Assembly: GCA_030141605.1 (NCBI GenBank)
Contig: JAQGDQ010000092.1
Location: forward strand, 310,001 to 374,000
Length of the DNA stretch: 64,000 nt
DNA from: Tubiluchus corallicola
Taxonomy: Eukaryota; Animalia; Priapulida
Direction of reading: 5' to 3'
A program made the translations under genes and the position numbers. Position 1 is the stretch's first letter, and every line of letters starts with the position of its first letter. A model generated the notes under the pieces. It saw nothing but the letters and a program-made list of their open reading frames with translations. It was not told where the DNA came from and did not search any database. Of the stretch, positions 40,401 through 53,400 are shown piece by piece.

Positions 40401-42124
40401 TTCTGTTTCTGCTATTCCTGGTCTGAATGCTGTGTCGGGTCCATCTCTTCTGTCATTGTAAATTTCTGTAAACCATCAAAAACATATTGTCAGTAGGCAT
40501 ACATCATTATAAACACACTATGGAAACAGATGTCAGCCTGTCACTTTTGGCACAGATTTTCTTTTCATTATTTTCAATTGGCTAAAAAAGTAAAACAGCT
40601 TTTTTGACTCTAACACTTAAAGAATAAAACCCAAGTGATTCAAAGTGGATAAAAGTCATTGTACCCTAGTTTGCATTCCAGAATTTTTTGCAGGAGCAAG
40701 CACATGTGTAATGTGGTAAAAATGCTGAGTAAAAATGACACAGGAAAAATGGCACAACTGGAAAAGTAGGTAAAAATGGCACAGGAAAAATCACACAAAT
40801 GGAAAAGTAGGAAATAATGGCATAGGAAAAATAGCATGGTAAAAATGGCACAAGGAAAAATAGTACAGGTAAAAAGGCATAGGAAAACATGGCCCAAATG
40901 AAAAAGCAGGTAAAATGGCACAGAAAAAATTAGCACAAATGGAAAAGTGGAAAAAATAGCAAATATTTTATATTGACGCAATTGATTTCTACAATAAACC
41001 TAGAATGTGCTCAGTAGGAAGTAGATCTCTGCCAAAGCCAAACAAACCTAAACATATTTGTTTTATTCTTTTGATTAACACAAAGATAAACAAGCAAACA
41101 TACAAAAATGTGCCTGTATAGGTAGCAAACGTCTCACAAAATATTTGTTCAAAAGTAGATTTATAACCAATAATGCACAAATGTTCCACATAGTGCTTTA
41201 TCTACTTTTCAACCAATAATTTTGTCGATGGAAATAGACTGACAAATATATACGTATTCACATACCAAGTCACCTTATAAGGCTATACACATTAATAAGC
41301 AAAGGTTATAGACAGCATTACATGTGAGAATTTCTTGAAATGGAACTGGAACTAACTCAAAGTATGTTGTTTGTCAAGGTGGAGGTAACGAAAAGAAGTA
41401 CTAAATATCTCTCTGAGACCTCCACAAAGTGTTTCATGTTGTTGTTTTTTTTTTTGTATGTGGTGTTCGGTCAATTTTTGCGAAAAAAGAACCAGCAAAA
41501 ATATTCCCATTTTGGCATTCAACACCCGCCCGCCTTCTATACAAAGTTTCATGGAAATCTGTTAGGTAGTTACTGCATAATAGGCTTAATGCCAAAACAG
41601 ACAAAAAACAACCAAACAAGCAGACAAACAAAGAAACTGTGTTGAAGCATAACTTCCTTGGCAGAAGTAAAAACAGCTAAAATAATTATCCCCCGCGGTA
41701 ATCCTAACCCTAAACTCATATTTAACTAAGTGTGCCATTTTTGCCTACTTTTCCATTTCTGCAATTTTTTCGGTGCCATTTTTCCTGTGCCATTTTTACT
41801 GCGTCATTTTTCCAGTGCCATTTTTACCGTACCATTTTTTCCTGTCCCCTACATTCGTGTAATGCATTCACATAACGGTTTATTAGCCACTGTCAACAGA
41901 CGAACAAACTCTTCATACCTTTCTATAATAATCACTTTCAAGTGGAAACAGGGAATTTCACATATAAAACAAAAAATTTTGCTTATTTGCCACCACAGTC
42001 TTCTAATTACTAACACCTCACCTGAATCTTCAAGTTCTAGATGCCCTCGAACATTACTTATATTACATGCTAAAATCGTAAAAAGGCTGAAGCCGCACAG
42101 CAGAACAACATGATGAATCATCAT
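22411..42124 (-). CDS. MIA3: TANGO1/MIA3 (cTAGE5)-family ER-exit-site protein, ~2250 aa, 16 coding exons
   Basis: Exons (minus): 42124-42022, 40465-40292, 38459-38373, 37999-34089, 32211-31975, 31789-31601, 30949-30812, 30599-30438, 29042-28808, 28017-27848, 27402-27271, 26573-26538, 26298-26169, 25370-25142, 24239-23458, 22454-22411. Phases are consistent; total 6759 nt. Architecture: signal peptide, huge acidic lumenal exon, LPED + TM, coiled coils with family motifs LLQEAQAW, YFKEKE and EKKAHDNWLAARKAERELAEAK, then a Pro-rich tail. The last exon is the least certain. Confidence 0.9.
25762..26130. repeat. 25-bp minisatellite (GAAGTTCCAGACAAGCGAAAACACA) x ~15 in a TANGO1 intron
   Basis: Head-to-tail copies with scattered substitutions and no spacers. 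It explains the repetitive ORFs at 25689-26198. Confidence 0.95.
32840..33400. mobile_element. MITE/foldback-like element with ~190-bp imperfect inverted arms
   Basis: Left arm: gctattagtgcaggaag..ttcgtgtctaaatatag..tcaaggaatccatatctg. Right arm: cagacatggattccttga..ctatatttagacacgaa..cttcctgctctaatagc. Spacer ~180 bp. Confidence 0.8.
39046..40143. repeat. Degenerate repeat element with aaattcggtt(t)cgg-type subrepeats at both ends
   Basis: Subrepeat blocks at ~39070-39210 and ~39915-40130. Confidence 0.5.
40712..41848. mobile_element. Foldback-like element: inverted arrays of ~15-bp aaaaatggcacagg subrepeats
   Basis: 40712-40960 carries (g)aaaaatggcaca(gg) repeats; 41731-41848 carries the reverse complement (cc)tgtgccattttt. 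Confidence 0.7.
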
Positions 42125-45100
42125 TACTAGCCTCTCAGACGCTGCTGTAAAATTATTATAGTGTCAGCTAAATAACATTAAACTAACTGTCTCCATAAGA
42201 AAACTATTAAAGGTTTCTGTAGCAAAGAATTTTCTGCTTTAGAAAAATTTAAGAAGGCAAATTTTTAGTACACGTCAGCACTCAGCAGGAGTATTTGGCT
42301 GCCAATGCGGGAAATCCTAGTATATGCGGAAAATTAAACGTCTTCGTTCGTTCAGCGAAGTCTATTTTTGCAAACCACATAGTTGATGCGGCCCGCAGTG
42401 CGTCTGTTACAACCTGCATGCTGCAAATCTTGAACCATTAATTTATATAAAAAATTAACTTGGCGAATCGCAATATATACATACATATTTTTAATCACTA
42501 ACGAAAGTTTATGAAACAATATAGAAAACATTACTATTGTGTTTAGTTAACTTAGCTATTAGCAGTAGTGCTATTAGCAGCTTGTGAGAGACTTAGGTGT
42601 TACAATTATAATAAAATTATGTCAGTAGTTAAAAATCATCATATTTTTGACTTTAATAACATGTTACATATATGTGTATGATACCCCAACGATAATTCTA
42701 TTGTGCAATACAACAAAAGATCATGAATAACTTGTACAAAAGTCATTCATTTCCTAAATGACTGATCCTGCAGATGATGCTTAACATTCGGCGATTCAAA
42801 TGCATCTAGTCATACTGTTGGACTAAGTGATAAGCCTAGGCCTGCTGCTTAGCTCGTAACTAGACTTGAGGAGGTGATGCCCTAAAATTCTAAAAATACC
42901 TATGCTTCATAATGAGCAATCTGATTGCCCTCAGAACTGCATGTACATATAAAGAGCTTGGAGGTGGAAACGGCAGTTGCATGTAACCCCAGAAGAGCAC
43001 TTAGTCATCTAGATAACTTACATTTGTGTGGTGCCTATTAAAATAAAGCAGTTTCACATTTGTGTAAGTGGTGTATTTATTTGAATTCTCTGGAGCCATT
43101 TTGATTACCTAGGTCATTGGACTGGGTAACTTTAACTTTTATGGGATTTATCTGCATGTCCTAGTATCGGGATGTCGTCATAGCTGGTTAACTTGTTGTC
43201 AGCCAGCGGCAGATAGGGTTAGCAGCAAGCATCAAGTATAACGGTGTAATGAGTGGCTCTATTGTTTTGCGTTTATCGGGAGTTAATACCTAAATTGGTC
43301 TTTGTATACTTGTATGAGGAAGTTGCCTGGTGTTGAGCTTAGACGTTGTTGGCCTGAATAGCTTATTCTTTTTAATTTAGCTGGTCTAATCTTCTTTTTT
43401 CCTCATTTTTGCTTTAATTGTTGGAAGTAATAATGCTGCAGCTACATGAAGTATTTGTTTGTTAATTTTTTTCTGATTGTCAAAAAATAGAGATACATGT
43501 ACAATTACAAAAATTTGCCGAAACTTGAGCAGTTAGGATAGTTCATTGTACCGTCTTAGTATAGAATTCTTTACTTTTGCACGTTGCATGTTTAGCTAGC
43601 ATTAACGGTGTGCAAAATTTTAAGATTATGTGCAGTAAGATGCGCATCGCAAGGTCTTAGTACGCATTTTCCACGCAGCAGCAAGTTAACGAACTATAGA
43701 TGTGCATCTATGGGCAACCCGATACTGGTTTCAAGAAAAAATAGTAAATAACAAAAGTCTATGATCACCAAACCAATAACCAAAGTGATCAAATGGCCCC
43801 AGAATTCAAATCAACACACTACAGTTGCACTTTCGGTATATGTTTTAAATGAAAATATTAAGGTAAAATAGTATTCATCCAACAACTTTTACCAGAAAAT
43901 TAAACTTTTGAAATTGAAAAATGAAGTTTCAGGTTGTCTGTTGCGAACTTGAAAATCGGCACAGTGCATTTTGACATCCTGCGCTGAACTTGTAAAACGT
44001 AAAAGTTTTAGTTATGTTTTGTTTACTCTTAAAGTGTGGGAGTTATCAGACTGAAGGTTTTTTGTATCTAAAAGAAATTCACGAAAATTATGTTACTAGT
44101 GTTTGTCGATCTTCACCTTAGTTCCTAGCAAGAAATAAATAAAAGCAAAGAACGAATGATTAAAGCATCATGATGTAATTACTTATTTACAAAAATTGTA
44201 CAATGTTAGACGACATGTTGAAATACAATAATAAATGTGTTAGACCTCATATTGAGTTACAGTCATGAATGCTAGTACTAATCTATGTATTTATCTGTGC
44301 ACAGAGTTTCGTACCATACAAGTACTCTCTAAATCGCCTAACCATTTCACGCGTCAGACAGGTTTCTCCCAAGGATCTACTTCTTGCTTACACTCTTATA
44401 CTACCATGCGCATTTCGATAATTACGCAGTTAAAGAGGCGATGACAGTAGTGATTCACTTGGCTTTAAAGTTATTCATTACAATTAATCTACAGAAGTTT
44501 ACGTTCCTACTATACATGGAATACTTCCTAACTAGCTTTAAGTAGAATAATATACAATAGTTGTCCAATCTTAAAGATGTTCCCGACATTATCACTCATT
44601 TAACATTTCAGGCAAAAAGCGGCATAAGGAGCATTATAATTTACCCAGGTTGATTTTATAATGACAAGATTTTATTATGGAGAATTATCAATCTGCTTCA
44701 TTGTAGGTCTACATTCTCATTAGTTACTTATCGTCTTTGCAACAAAGCCTCAATCACCGTACAACAATACTTTACTTTTCGCATTGAATTCGTGTTTTTG
44801 TTACTAGAGGCAAGAACTTGAACTTTAAAAAATATATATAGAAACTACCGCTGATATTCTAACCCACAATGATTGTTCAAGACTAACTTAGGCGTTTTTC
44901 TTGTGCACAGCAATTTCATCAGTTTATGGCCAATGCATTTTCTAAATTCCTCACATGATTTGTCTACTAGTGGAGCTGATCTCTCCTTTGGCAATCTGGC
45001 TTCTGTACACAGTATTCCGACCATCTGTCCGTTGATAATTTTTCCACTGGTGACGTGCTTGTCCTATAAGATTTTGTCCACACTGTATAAATGGGAAAGG

Positions 45101-46667
45101 CAAACAAAAATCTGACAGATTACTTCTTTCCTTTTCCACAGAAACCCATACACTAATTACGAGCATGCGCAAATATGTCACTGATGAAGCCTGTATTGTG
45201 GGCTGCTTGTAGATATTGTGAAGATTCCTTTGGACAGAAACGCCGTTATCATGCTGTTAATTTAGTAGGGTTGCCTCTGAAGTGGCATCTGATTTCCAGC
45301 ATTTCATAGCAGAGTCACGTAATGACAAGCGGCTTGGCGAGAGATGACTTGTGTTTACGTAACTGGGTGAATATTGAATCAGAACGTGCAGTTATTGAAA
45401 TCATGCCAGGCAAGTGCATACGCCTATAGTGCAACTATTATGAAGCAAGTAGTCTGTGCTAGCCCTGAAGAGGAACAGACGAAAGTACTAAGCAGGTAAA
45501 AACATAACATAGTTACTTACAATTATGCACATACCTATAATAACATTTAAAAAATATATAAATGGCCGTCGAACATTAAGCGCTGTGAGAAAGACTTTGA
45601 TCAACACGCCAACTTAATTAGACCTCTACGGCGTACCCCTTAAGGTCGCCACATATATGAAATGCAGAGCTGCTGTACAGTAGAGCATGCTGCATCTGAT
45701 GCTTAAGTGTGTTTTGCGAAATGTATGTGGCCAACAGAAGACGGAAGACGCAGAATGTGCGATGATCCGACAATTACAACAATGACACCTCCGAGTATAT
45801 GTGCTGATTTTCATTAACGAGAACACGTGATATGTATTCAGTCACCCCATATTCCGGCTGCGCTGATGTGTACACGCGGTGCAGGTGTAAGGTATGCTAA
45901 TTTCTCAGATTATTGATGAACCGGTTTGAATGAACCTTTAAAGCCACCTTGTACTCCAGCTAGGGTATTTACAATCTATTCAGATTTAATTTTCTAATTA
46001 ACTTAAAACCTAAAATGACCCTATTACTTTGTACATTTACTTTCGTTAGTAAACAGTACTAACACTTACTTTTTCCACACCACAAAAATTGGTGAATTTA
46101 AAAAAACATAGAAAAACTTTACTAAATTATTATTTTCACAGTACAAATGCAAAAGTCCTGCATCGCCTACTTCTAACTACTGTCTGCTCTTTGCGTAGCT
46201 CTGTATCTAATTTTCTCTTACCCGGCGAATCTTCTGTCGGTAGCGCTTTATGTTCATCACCCACACAATGCTGGCAGGCCACTGAGAAGCTGATCTGGAA
46301 AGAGTGCAATTCTCTGTTAGAAACCGCAACTCTTTCGAAGGCGAGAAGTCAAAAAGTAGTTTGCGTTGCATTTGCTGGGTATAATAATCGGCAGATACGT
46401 CCCCATAAGACCGCAGTGTAATTATGCACCTCAACGCTCAGTTGTACCTGCTTGGCTTCTTTTACTGCAATTATGCACCTCTGCCGCTCGGGAGCAATTT
46501 GCAGCGAATCATTATTTTCTCATTCATCTTTACGTCAAGGTAAGCTTTCGGCTTGCTTTCACAGCTATGATGTCCAATATTGAATCTAACTAAGAAAGCA
46601 GATCTGTGTGCAATCAATTGCCAACTACCTATCTAGGCTACAACGAAATTTATGTTTCCCATTTAAA

Positions 46668-46748
46668 GATGATAATGATAATGATAACGATAACGATAAC
46701 GATAAAAATAACGATAACGATAATGATAATGATAACGTTAATAATAAC
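46668..46748. repeat. (GATAAY)n hexanucleotide microsatellite
   Basis: Directly visible. Confidence 0.9.
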
Positions 46749-47255
46749 ATCGGTTGTTTCAAAATTGCCTCATTTTTAAAACTATTAAAAGAGCTGTTAT
46801 AAGAAGGCCAGTATGGCAGTTTGGTTGCTGATGATGACTGTGGCTAAAGCAGTGCCGGAAAGTATCTCTTTTGAGTTTATTTTCAGTGAAAAGCAAGCTG
46901 TTTCACTTTTGAGTTTTGCTCATTTGCAATTATGGCCAAGAATACACTGAAATTGTCAGAGATATAATCATATTAATTCCGTTTATGATGATAAAAATCA
47001 TATCCGGTGAAATAAAAGTAATTCATTGGCTCACTTAGTCACATTCACTAATCGGAAGTTGCTTGTTTTGTAAATCTGTAAAACCACTTTGTTGTCATGC
47101 AAAATAACGTCTTATTGATTGCCACTTACTCATTGCGTACAGATCTACTTAAATTAGTTGTTGCTACATAATATGGCGGGAAATAAATCCACAAGTTAGA
47201 GAAGAAAGTCAACATTTAAGAAAATCATAAAATCGAGTTATGCCAGCTAGCATAA

Positions 47256-47407
<152 letters not shown>

Positions 47408-48006
47408 AATTCTCTTGTTGATTAGGAGATAAATAAAAAATGTCTATGTCTATTTATCTCCTAATTAACAAGAGAATTACAAGATAAACAATTTGTGCTA
47501 TAGTTAATTAACAATTGCGATAAAAAAATATAAAAGAAAGTGTCAGGGGTGCAGGAGAAAGGGTAGCGAAGGACCAATTGGTCATCAAAGTCAGCTACCC
47601 TTTTCAGATGAATGTAAATTATAAAAAAATTGATAGCGTTGCTGTCTTATTATTACATAGAGTAGAAGAAAAGAAAAATCACCGTTACTGCAAAAATCTA
47701 GCGCAAATTATGTATGAAAGACGAGATAATTAAGTAAACTACGTGGTAAGTAAACAAGTATGTCTAGCATAGACACATTAACTGTTCTTCGTTAATGTGT
47801 TCGCAAAAGTCAGTATAAGCATGACATGCTCTCACTCACGCAGTAAAACAGGTTTCGCCAGGGGCATAATATTACAATGTAGATTTTTTTTAGAAATACA
47901 TGATAATTATCCGATTTGTTACGTTTCACAACACATTGCTACCATCGGTCATAATAGTTACACGTGGTGTTTACAGTTGATTATTCTTTCAAATTATAAA
48001 GTTATA

Positions 48007-49224
48007 ATGTTTCGATCTGTGAAAATTTGCTCTGTTACATTAGCTGTTTGTCTGACGTTTTCAGTTGTAGTTTTCATACTCTACGCGTTTCCAAAAGTAA
48101 ATTACCCCTCTCATTTGACTGCATTTAAACTCTCATCTGAAGCTCTCACTCCTCCGGAGTCACTTGTTCATGTGGCTCTGACAGCTTGTGGTGATGCTGA
48201 ATCTACTTACGCGGATGATTTTACCGTATTAGTCAAATCAATTTTTCTTGTGTCAACCGAACTCATTCATTACCATATTATAGTTGACAATGACGACATG
48301 GAGCATAATCTCAAACGTCTTCTAGAGGAATTTAGGGACACAAAGTCGAGCAAAGTGAATTTCTACAGACCTTGGTTCCCACCTAGTGAAAATTATACTT
48401 ATTGGCTTCAAAATGGCGATGGAAAAAAGCGATGTGGGCCTGCTTGGTTATTCCTTTCCCAAATCTTGCCAAATGTGAAAAAGATTATTAAGTTTGACAT
48501 AGACACCGTTGTAGTTCGACCTCTAAAGGAATTGTGGCGCCATTTTGATCATATGGCGTCCAATCAGATGATGGGAATCGCATTCGACTTTTCTGGCGAA
48601 CACACGGATCGCATTGTTGAGCTCTTTCACCAACCACATGGCATTTCTCACTTGACTGCTTCTAGTAACACGTTGCTTAACTATCTAAAAGGCGGCAGAA
48701 ACAAAGGTCTTAATACTGGAATTGTCTTGATAGACTTGGAGAAACTACGGCAGACAGACTGGAAGACAGAAATCATAGATATTTACCACTCGACTAGCAA
48801 GTGTTCAACGCACAAATGGACATTTCCAGCCTGCGTGCCAGATCAAAATGCCTGCAACGTTTATTTTCACGAGAATCCATCGAGACTGTACTTACTCCCG
48901 TGCGAATGGAACTATTGGTGGGGTGTGGCCGCTTTCAGAAATTACTGTCAATCGGCTCAAAGGGACGGAATCGGTATACTGCACGGTGCTGCGGGAACGT
49001 TCCATAATCGAAGAACCCACTGGCGGTGTCAGTGGATATTTTCGGGTGTTTACAACATATACAAAAATCTAAAAAGTAATGAAATAAGTGATTTCCTTGT
49101 GCAAAAACTGTGGACATTTCGCCAAGAAAGTGAACGTAACGCAACTGAAAGAAAGGGTGGTTCGAAATGCCTATCTATAGTAGACCAAATGATAAACGGT
49201 TTAAAGTCATTCCGTCATTATTAA
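48007..49224 (+). CDS. GXYLT: Glycosyltransferase family 8, glucoside xylosyltransferase (GXYLT/Shams)-like type II membrane protein, ~405 aa, intronless CDS
   Basis: ATG at 48007 is followed by a signal-anchor. Motifs: HVALTACG, VLVKSI, LFLSQILP, DxD (FDID..VVRPLKELWRHF), GLNTGIVLIDL, DQN..NVYFHENP..LY.LPCEWNY, GIGILHG..GTFH. The upstream part of the track ORF probably lies in a 5'UTR intron (gtaagt 47746 .. tttacag 47976). Confidence 0.88.
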   Translation: MFRSVKICSVTLAVCLTFSVVVFILYAFPKVNYPSHLTAFKLSSEALTPPESLVHVALTACGDAESTYADDFTVLVKSIFLVSTELIHYHIIVDNDDMEHNLKRLLEEFRDTKSSKVNFYRPWFPPSENYTYWLQNGDGKKRCGPAWLFLSQILPNVKKIIKFDIDTVVVRPLKELWRHFDHMASNQMMGIAFDFSGEHTDRIVELFHQPHGISHLTASSNTLLNYLKGGRNKGLNTGIVLIDLEKLRQTDWKTEIIDIYHSTSKCSTHKWTFPACVPDQNACNVYFHENPSRLYLLPCEWNYWWGVAAFRNYCQSAQRDGIGILHGAAGTFHNRRTHWRCQWIFSGVYNIYKNLKSNEISDFLVQKLWTFRQESERNATERKGGSKCLSIVDQMINGLKSFRHY

Positions 49225-50034
49225 CGCTCCAAAGGTTGATCAAAAATCAGTTTTTCTAGTTACAAACTTAAATCTTCGAAATATTGATAATAATGCATTA
49301 TAATATAAATGATTTATATCCTTTTCACATGGCAAAAATAAACACAGCTACCCAAAACGTTTTCATAACGTTTTCACAAAACCGTTTTGAAAACAGCCTT
49401 GGAGCGGCTTGATGTCATTCAACATAGGCAAAGTCATGCTGAATTTATTTGTTCGTTAACTTAGTGACTTGATAATGAAATGAATCCATAGAATAATTAA
49501 GCTCACGTGTTGTAATGACAGTCCATAAGTCCAATGTAACATAAGTATGATTGGATATTGTTTTCAGTACAAAGTAGTCGCATGAAGAGTTCTTAAGGAG
49601 CACTACACAGAGGTAAAGCTCACGCGCCTTGTCCAGAGGACTAACCGTTAACTGTTACTCCCGCAGCCGATATATATCATTTACCGTTATTAAAATTAGT
49701 ACACTAATTTTACCCTTTAAGCTCATAACTAAAAATAAGTCTGACATAAGAGCCCCTAAATGTGTTTGTCCACTGATTGGTCAGAGGGCGGAGCCGACTC
49801 TGAGCTCGGTAACCGCTAGTCCTTAAACATTAGATGGCTGTTGCTTGTTAGCAGGATGCATAACTTGACAGCGGACTAGAGTCTTACATGTAATATGAAC
49901 TGCGTTTATAGCGGAAGTATAAACTTGTTTAAAGACAGTAAATCGTTTGATTGTAATTAATGATAATTTAATTTAATTAATTTTAATTTAATTTTATAAA
50001 ATTTCAACAATTTCGTTTTCACTCTATTCCTGCT

Positions 50035-50420
50035 GTGCATGCGTCTCGTTTGTACAAGTACAACTATTAAAGGCCTCGGACATTTATAATCTTGAGTTAT
50101 TCAAATTCATGTATAAATAACACAGGTTTAGTGCAAGAAATTTTTAAGGAACACTTTACTAATATTTCTGATATACGTTCTCATTACACAAGAGTTGTTT
50201 CCAATGTACATTTTTTGTCGAGAAAATTCACAGAACACATGGTCTTAATAGTTAAAATCGCGTGAAGCAGAATTGTGGAATGCGTTGCCTAGAGAAGCCT
50301 TTGAAAAAGGTTGTTGTATTCTTCTTATAAAAATGCTCTAAACTTCACCAAACAAATATACTTCATTAAAAATACCAATGTTTTAAATAATAAATAAATA
50401 GATTAACAGTTAAAGAAATT
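50035..50420 (+). mobile_element. Decayed LINE (CR1/L2-group-like) 3' fragment
   Basis: Interrupted peptide remnants LLKASDIYNLELFKFMYK, HYTR and LWNALP, typical of the post-RT C-terminus. Confidence 0.7.
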
Positions 50421-53400
50421 TTTTATTAATAATTTTCATGTAATACTATAAATTTAGTCCTCTTGTCCTTGTTATCACAAAAATTATTTGCTCCATTATT
50501 TTGAGGTATTTCTGTTGCTATTTTAATTAAAAGTACATAACATTCATTTAGGCGTATCTAATACGGTTGAAAGCTTTGTTTTGTCATTTATAGATTGTGT
50601 GCTATAATGATTGTTTATTGATACATGCTGTAAATTTGCGTTTGTTGCTAAAATCACAAGCTAACTTTTGTAGGTTTCGTTGAGTTTACATGAATTTAGA
50701 TGTTTGTTACAATTGACTACAGATTGACTACGATTGATTAATAGAACTCAAGGGCCCAAACCTCGAAAGTTACACGCCTCTCCAGTCCTGGCCTAAAATG
50801 TAATAACATTGTGAGGTACTACTGCTACATTTCCAAGGAGTCGTTCAACTCGTTTTGGTTTTGGAGCAAACTATTTATCTGTATTCCACTGGCGAAATTT
50901 TGTTTCTATAATAATTAAAACCACAGATTATAATGTAATATCCATTAGACGCGACCATGGTAGATTAAATATGCTTACTAGCCCACTGATTATGAATGGA
51001 TTAAACTTAGGGTTATGACCTCGTTGAGAAATAGAAAAGTAATTTACTATAGATGTATACAAAAACATTGTACGTGCCATGTGGCTATACTATAGGTCTG
51101 AAAAAACACGCAAGCTGTACACAGGAAAGCTAACTATTATTACTTAAAAAATTTAAAATTTTTGAGCTACCTGTCTAAATCCTTACTGGCGATAAAGTGG
51201 TAACGACAACCAAAACTGCCATCGTTCATCGCAACAGACCTTTTTGAAATTTGCTGCCAACATTGTATAGAAAATAGGAGAAAAATTACCTGAAATTGAG
51301 CTTAATATTGCCATCATCATCTCAGTGCACCAACTAATGCTGGTTGCGTAATACTGTTGTTTACTTAGCAAAAGTCGACATTTTTATCAATCTGTAATTT
51401 GTATAGCTTTTACTCTATAATATTAGTTTTAGTTACAGCAGATTGGCACCATGATCAGCATATACAAATTATAACCACAAACTGCCAAAATTTTGTTAAG
51501 CTTTTAGGCTGAGCGGCTCGGGAAAAAAGAGCCTTTAAAAGATTTTTATTATTATGCTTAATTACCTTTCTTAAACAAGGCGAATCGGAAACAATGCCGA
51601 TTAATTTCTGTTTATTTTTAAAAAGAACCCGGACATAATAAAAGTTGGAATGATAATACAAATATACGATTATCAATACAAATAATTAATCTTTTTGTCA
51701 TGAAAAACAGAAACTTGCAATTATGTTGCAACGACAAGCATAACCAGACCTTATAATGATTTGCACTGCGTTGTGATTCTTAATTGGCACAGCACCAGTT
51801 TAGACCCATTGCCTAACAATTTATCTAAAAATATAGTTATCTTAATGATCAGCCGGCCATTATTATTCGAGTCTTATAAAAGGATGTATTCTTTTTTCTT
51901 TTTTTACATGTATTTTATTCTGGTTTACAAATAATTTGATCAATATTTTCCAGAGACCGTCTGAACCAAATTTTTACTTTTTAAGCCGGCCATTTAGGTT
52001 AACATTTGGTTACCAGCTTGACCTTTTCTGTAGTTTGGCAATCAGGATCCATAGAATCGCCACTTTTGACAATCGCCCTTTTTCGGATTAATAGTTTTGT
52101 CGACAAGTCCCCCCCCCCATTCAGTTTCAGAGGATTAGGGTTGACGGCAAGTCAGATTCCGATACCGCACTCTCGAACTGAATAAAAAAGAAATCTATTT
52201 TGCCTTCCAGCCTATCAGTAACTTGTCACACTACCGTCTTAGATCAAAGGTGTGGGAAATAGATGAAATGAAATTAAGCAATGCCGAGCATGGTCAGTAA
52301 ATTGATAGGTGACCATCGGAAAACTGCTTCTGGAGCAGTTCATCAGTCATACTGTCGCAGCTATTACTAACTTTTTTGAGGAAGAACGTATTGTTATTAT
52401 AGGCCTTACTCACCCGAATATAGCCAATGCACTTGCTGTTCTGTATTTTATCTTAGAAGATTGTCCTCGATAACAAATTAGATTACTTTCCTGGGACAAG
52501 CATCAAAATTAAATAGGCTCTTTCGTTCTGTGCTGTATTGTGTTTTACAGGGGTAGCAAAAATATTATAGCAAAGTCATTTGAGCCTTCTCCTGGCATTG
52601 CTACGAACCTATAGGACTACATAATATTGGATTCATCACCAAAATCGATATGAACGCCTTTGAGAATTGGAAAAGACGGTGTTCGACAATGTTTTACATT
52701 GCAAAGCGCACAGAGAAATTCAATGACAAAACAAATACAAATCAAATTTAATTGAGCCATTGAATGCTCTTATTATAAATGGCAGTGTCGATGTAAAAGT
52801 AAATCTGTACAAAACTAATGAGGGAGCGTCTCTTAGTTACTCGTGATAGTTGTTGGACATGTTGGCAATCAATAATATACAGTACACACACTGTCCTATA
52901 GCTTCTAATCGAAAATGTTATCAAAAGTATGAAGCTGGACAAAACGAACATTATTTTGATGAGTTCTTACTGCAGACTCAGCCTTCAGTCTTTTGTAGGC
53001 ACCAAAGTTGAAACAAGCAAGCAAAATGTAGGTACACGTTTCAATTTATATTGCACACAATTGTTACAGATTGATTTACAATAGTTATCTTCAATCATGT
53101 TTACTTTCAGATGTTCTGATACTTCCTTGAGTTTTTGTTTTAAAGTTCTTCTTTGTTTTGTTCTTTCTACATGGATTTAGTGCTACGAATGCTGTGCACG
53201 CGTGACATTTAAATCTATGTTTTTCTATCGGCATAGCTGATTCGGCCCTCCTTCTAATATTTCTTCATGCTCAAAAGTGCAGTTCCATTTTCGTTCAAAA
53301 GTGCAATCAGTGCATTCAATTTAAGTGAGAATATGCAAGCAAGGTGTATCAAAAATGATTCGCTATCCCTTACATCATCAGCCTATACGTGTGGAAGAAA

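Noticed and set aside
45181-45215. CTGATGA plus stem as a hammerhead core
   Set aside because: No GAAA after the putative stem II.
47797-48006. 70-aa N-terminal extension of the GT8 ORF from a GTG start
   Set aside because: Non-ATG start. The region is bracketed by a gtaagt donor (47746) and a tttacag acceptor (47976), and the ATG at 48007 directly precedes the signal-anchor.
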